Assembly (NCBI GenBank): GCA_046715855.1
Contig: JBKJYI010000099.1
Location: 1 to 25,938, forward strand
Reading direction: 5' to 3'
DNA from: Phycisphaerae bacterium
GTDB lineage: Bacteria > Planctomycetota > Phycisphaerae > UBA1845
DNA: 25,938 nucleotides
This document shows positions 24,546 through 25,938 of this stretch, one piece after another; position 1 is the stretch's first letter, and the number at the start of each line of letters is the position of its first letter. The notes beneath the pieces were generated by a model. The model had not been told where the DNA came from, made no database searches, and worked only from the letters and a program-made list of their open reading frames with translations. The position numbers and the translations under genes are program-made.

Positions 24546-25883
24546 TCAAAACGTTCTTTCCACAAAGCCGGTGTCGATTTCGCCGGAGAGCCAGTCCGGA
24601 TGTTCCATGACGCGGCGCAAAAACGGGATCGTGGTCTTCAGCGGCTCGATGGTAAACTCGCGCAACGCCCGCTGCATGCACCGAATGGCGTCCATCCGCG
24701 TGGGCTGGTGGACGATGAGCTTGGCCACCAGCGAATCATACTTCGGCGAAATCCTGATCCCCTCGTGCGCGAAGGTATCCACGCGCACTCCGTGTCCGCC
24801 GGGCGGACGATATTTTTTAATCGCTCCCGCGCAGGGGCGGAAACGCTCGTCGGGGTCTTCAGCGTTGATGCGGCATTCGATGGCGTGCCCGTGGAATACA
24901 ATTTGCTTTTGTGCCAAACCCAGCGGCTCTCCGGCTGCCACTCGAATCTGAGCCTTGATCAAATCAATTCCCGATACCATTTCACTGACCGGGTGTTCGA
25001 CCTGAATCCGGGTATTCACTTCGATGAAATAGAATCGCCCTTTGTTGTCCACCAGAAATTCGACCGTCCCCGCGTTGCTGTAGTTCGACGCCTTGGCCAG
25101 CTTCACCGCAGCCGCGCAAAGATCGGCCCGGACGCGCGGGGTAATGCCCGGCGACGGCGATTCCTCGACCAGCTTCTGGTGCCGCCGCTGCAAGGTGCAA
25201 TCGCGCTCGCCCAGGTGAATCACGTTGCCATGATGATCGCCGAGAATCTGCACTTCGACGTGGCGGGGGCGTTCGATGAATCGCTCGATATAGACCGCGG
25301 AATTATTGAACGCGCCGCCGGCCTCCTGTCGAGCCTGCTTGAGCTGCGCTATCAAATCCGTCTTATCGTAGACGACGCGCATACCGCGCCCGCCGCCGCC
25401 GGCTGACGCCTTGATGATGATCGGAAATCCGACGCTCTCGGCAATGCCGAGCGTTTCGTTGTCGTCTTCGATGACGCCGTCGCTGCCGGGGACCACCGGG
25501 ACTTTCGCCTTCTTCGCGGCGATTCTGGCCGAGGCCTTGTCACCCAGAGTTCGCATTGAATCCGCGCTGGGACCGATGAATTCCAGATTTGAGGCCCGGC
25601 ATTTTTCCGCGAAAGCCGCGTTTTCCGCCAGAAAACCGTAACCGGGATGAATCGCGTCGGCACCGCTGACTTCGGCAGCAGCGATGATCCGATCGCTCTT
25701 AAGATAGCTGTCGCGTGGTGCTGCGGAACCGATGCAAATGGCGCGATCGGCCAGTTGAAGGTATTCCCCGCCCCGGTCTTCCTCCGAAAACACGCACACG
25801 GATTCGACGTTGAGCTCGCGGCAGGCGCGGATGATCCGCAGCGCGATTTCTCCCCGATTAGCGATCAGAATGCGTCGGAACAT
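24546..25883 (-). CDS. accC: Acetyl-CoA carboxylase, biotin carboxylase subunit
   Basis: [56 protein letters not shown] and ECRINAED. About 445 aa stand-alone BC domain. Confidence 0.93.
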   Translation of the reverse strand: MFRRILIANRGEIALRIIRACRELNVESVCVFSEEDRGGEYLQLADRAICIGSAAPRDSYLKSDRIIAAAEVSGADAIHPGYGFLAENAAFAEKCRASNLEFIGPSADSMRTLGDKASARIAAKKAKVPVVPGSDGVIEDDNETLGIAESVGFPIIIKASAGGGGRGMRVVYDKTDLIAQLKQARQEAGGAFNNSAVYIERFIERPRHVEVQILGDHHGNVIHLGERDCTLQRRHQKLVEESPSPGITPRVRADLCAAAVKLAKASNYSNAGTVEFLVDNKGRFYFIEVNTRIQVEHPVSEMVSGIDLIKAQIRVAAGEPLGLAQKQIVFHGHAIECRINAEDPDERFRPCAGAIKKYRPPGGHGVRVDTFAHEGIRISPKYDSLVAKLIVHQPTRMDAIRCMQRALREFTIEPLKTTIPFLRRVMEHPDWLSGEIDTGFVERTF

Positions 25884-25895
25884 GATTCAAAGGAA

Positions 25896-25938
25896 GAGGC
25901 AACCAGGCAACGAGGCAACGAGGCAACGAGGCAATGAG
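25896..25938. repeat. Octamer tandem array (G/C)AGGCAAC, at least 5 units, running off the window end
   Basis: GAGGCAAC CAGGCAAC GAGGCAAC GAGGCAAC GAGGCAAT GAG. This is the reverse complement of the 12324-12387 unit and ends 12 nt before the accC ATG. Confidence 0.9.

Noticed and set aside
4493-25406. Other long overlapping ORFs (4493-5341, 11011-11886, 12184-12927, 22299-23117, 23463-24404, 24600-25406 and many shorter ones)
   Set aside because: They are antisense or alternate-frame to well-supported genes in high-GC DNA and show no family motifs.

Overview
High-GC bacterial chromosomal window, most consistent with a Planctomycetota (Phycisphaerae-like) genome. This is inferred from gene families such as the WPxFxGP beta-propellers and a beta-helix protein with a dockerin-like tail, not from a marker gene. 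Left arm (+): 3' part of ftsY, two tandem lower-GC TMTC-like GT-C glycosyltransferase-TPR genes, addB with no adjacent addA, an alpha/beta hydrolase, a secreted double-YHS protein, larB and nnrD. Middle: a lone MacB/FtsX-type permease (-), a secreted beta-helix protein (+) and three PQQ-like beta-propeller genes. Right arm (-): accC-tpiA-secG-yicC-mobA-Zn dehydrogenase. No rRNA, tRNA, CRISPR array or transposase was seen. The unusual content is non-coding: at least six palindromic REP-like families and several 7/8/10-mer tandem arrays. Highlights: (i) a three-layer nested element between accC and tpiA whose middle layer has terminal inverted repeats and a 6-bp target duplication, and whose removal restores a continuous 39-codon ORF; (ii) an 81-nt in-frame block in nnrD built from an intergenic REP copy plus a heptamer array; (iii) nnrD has no ATG/GTG/TTG upstream of its conserved HKG motif; (iv) short-tandem arrays show consistent polarity relative to stop and start codons; (v) one 9-mer, AGCG(A/C)AGCG, forms the loop of three unrelated hairpin families.
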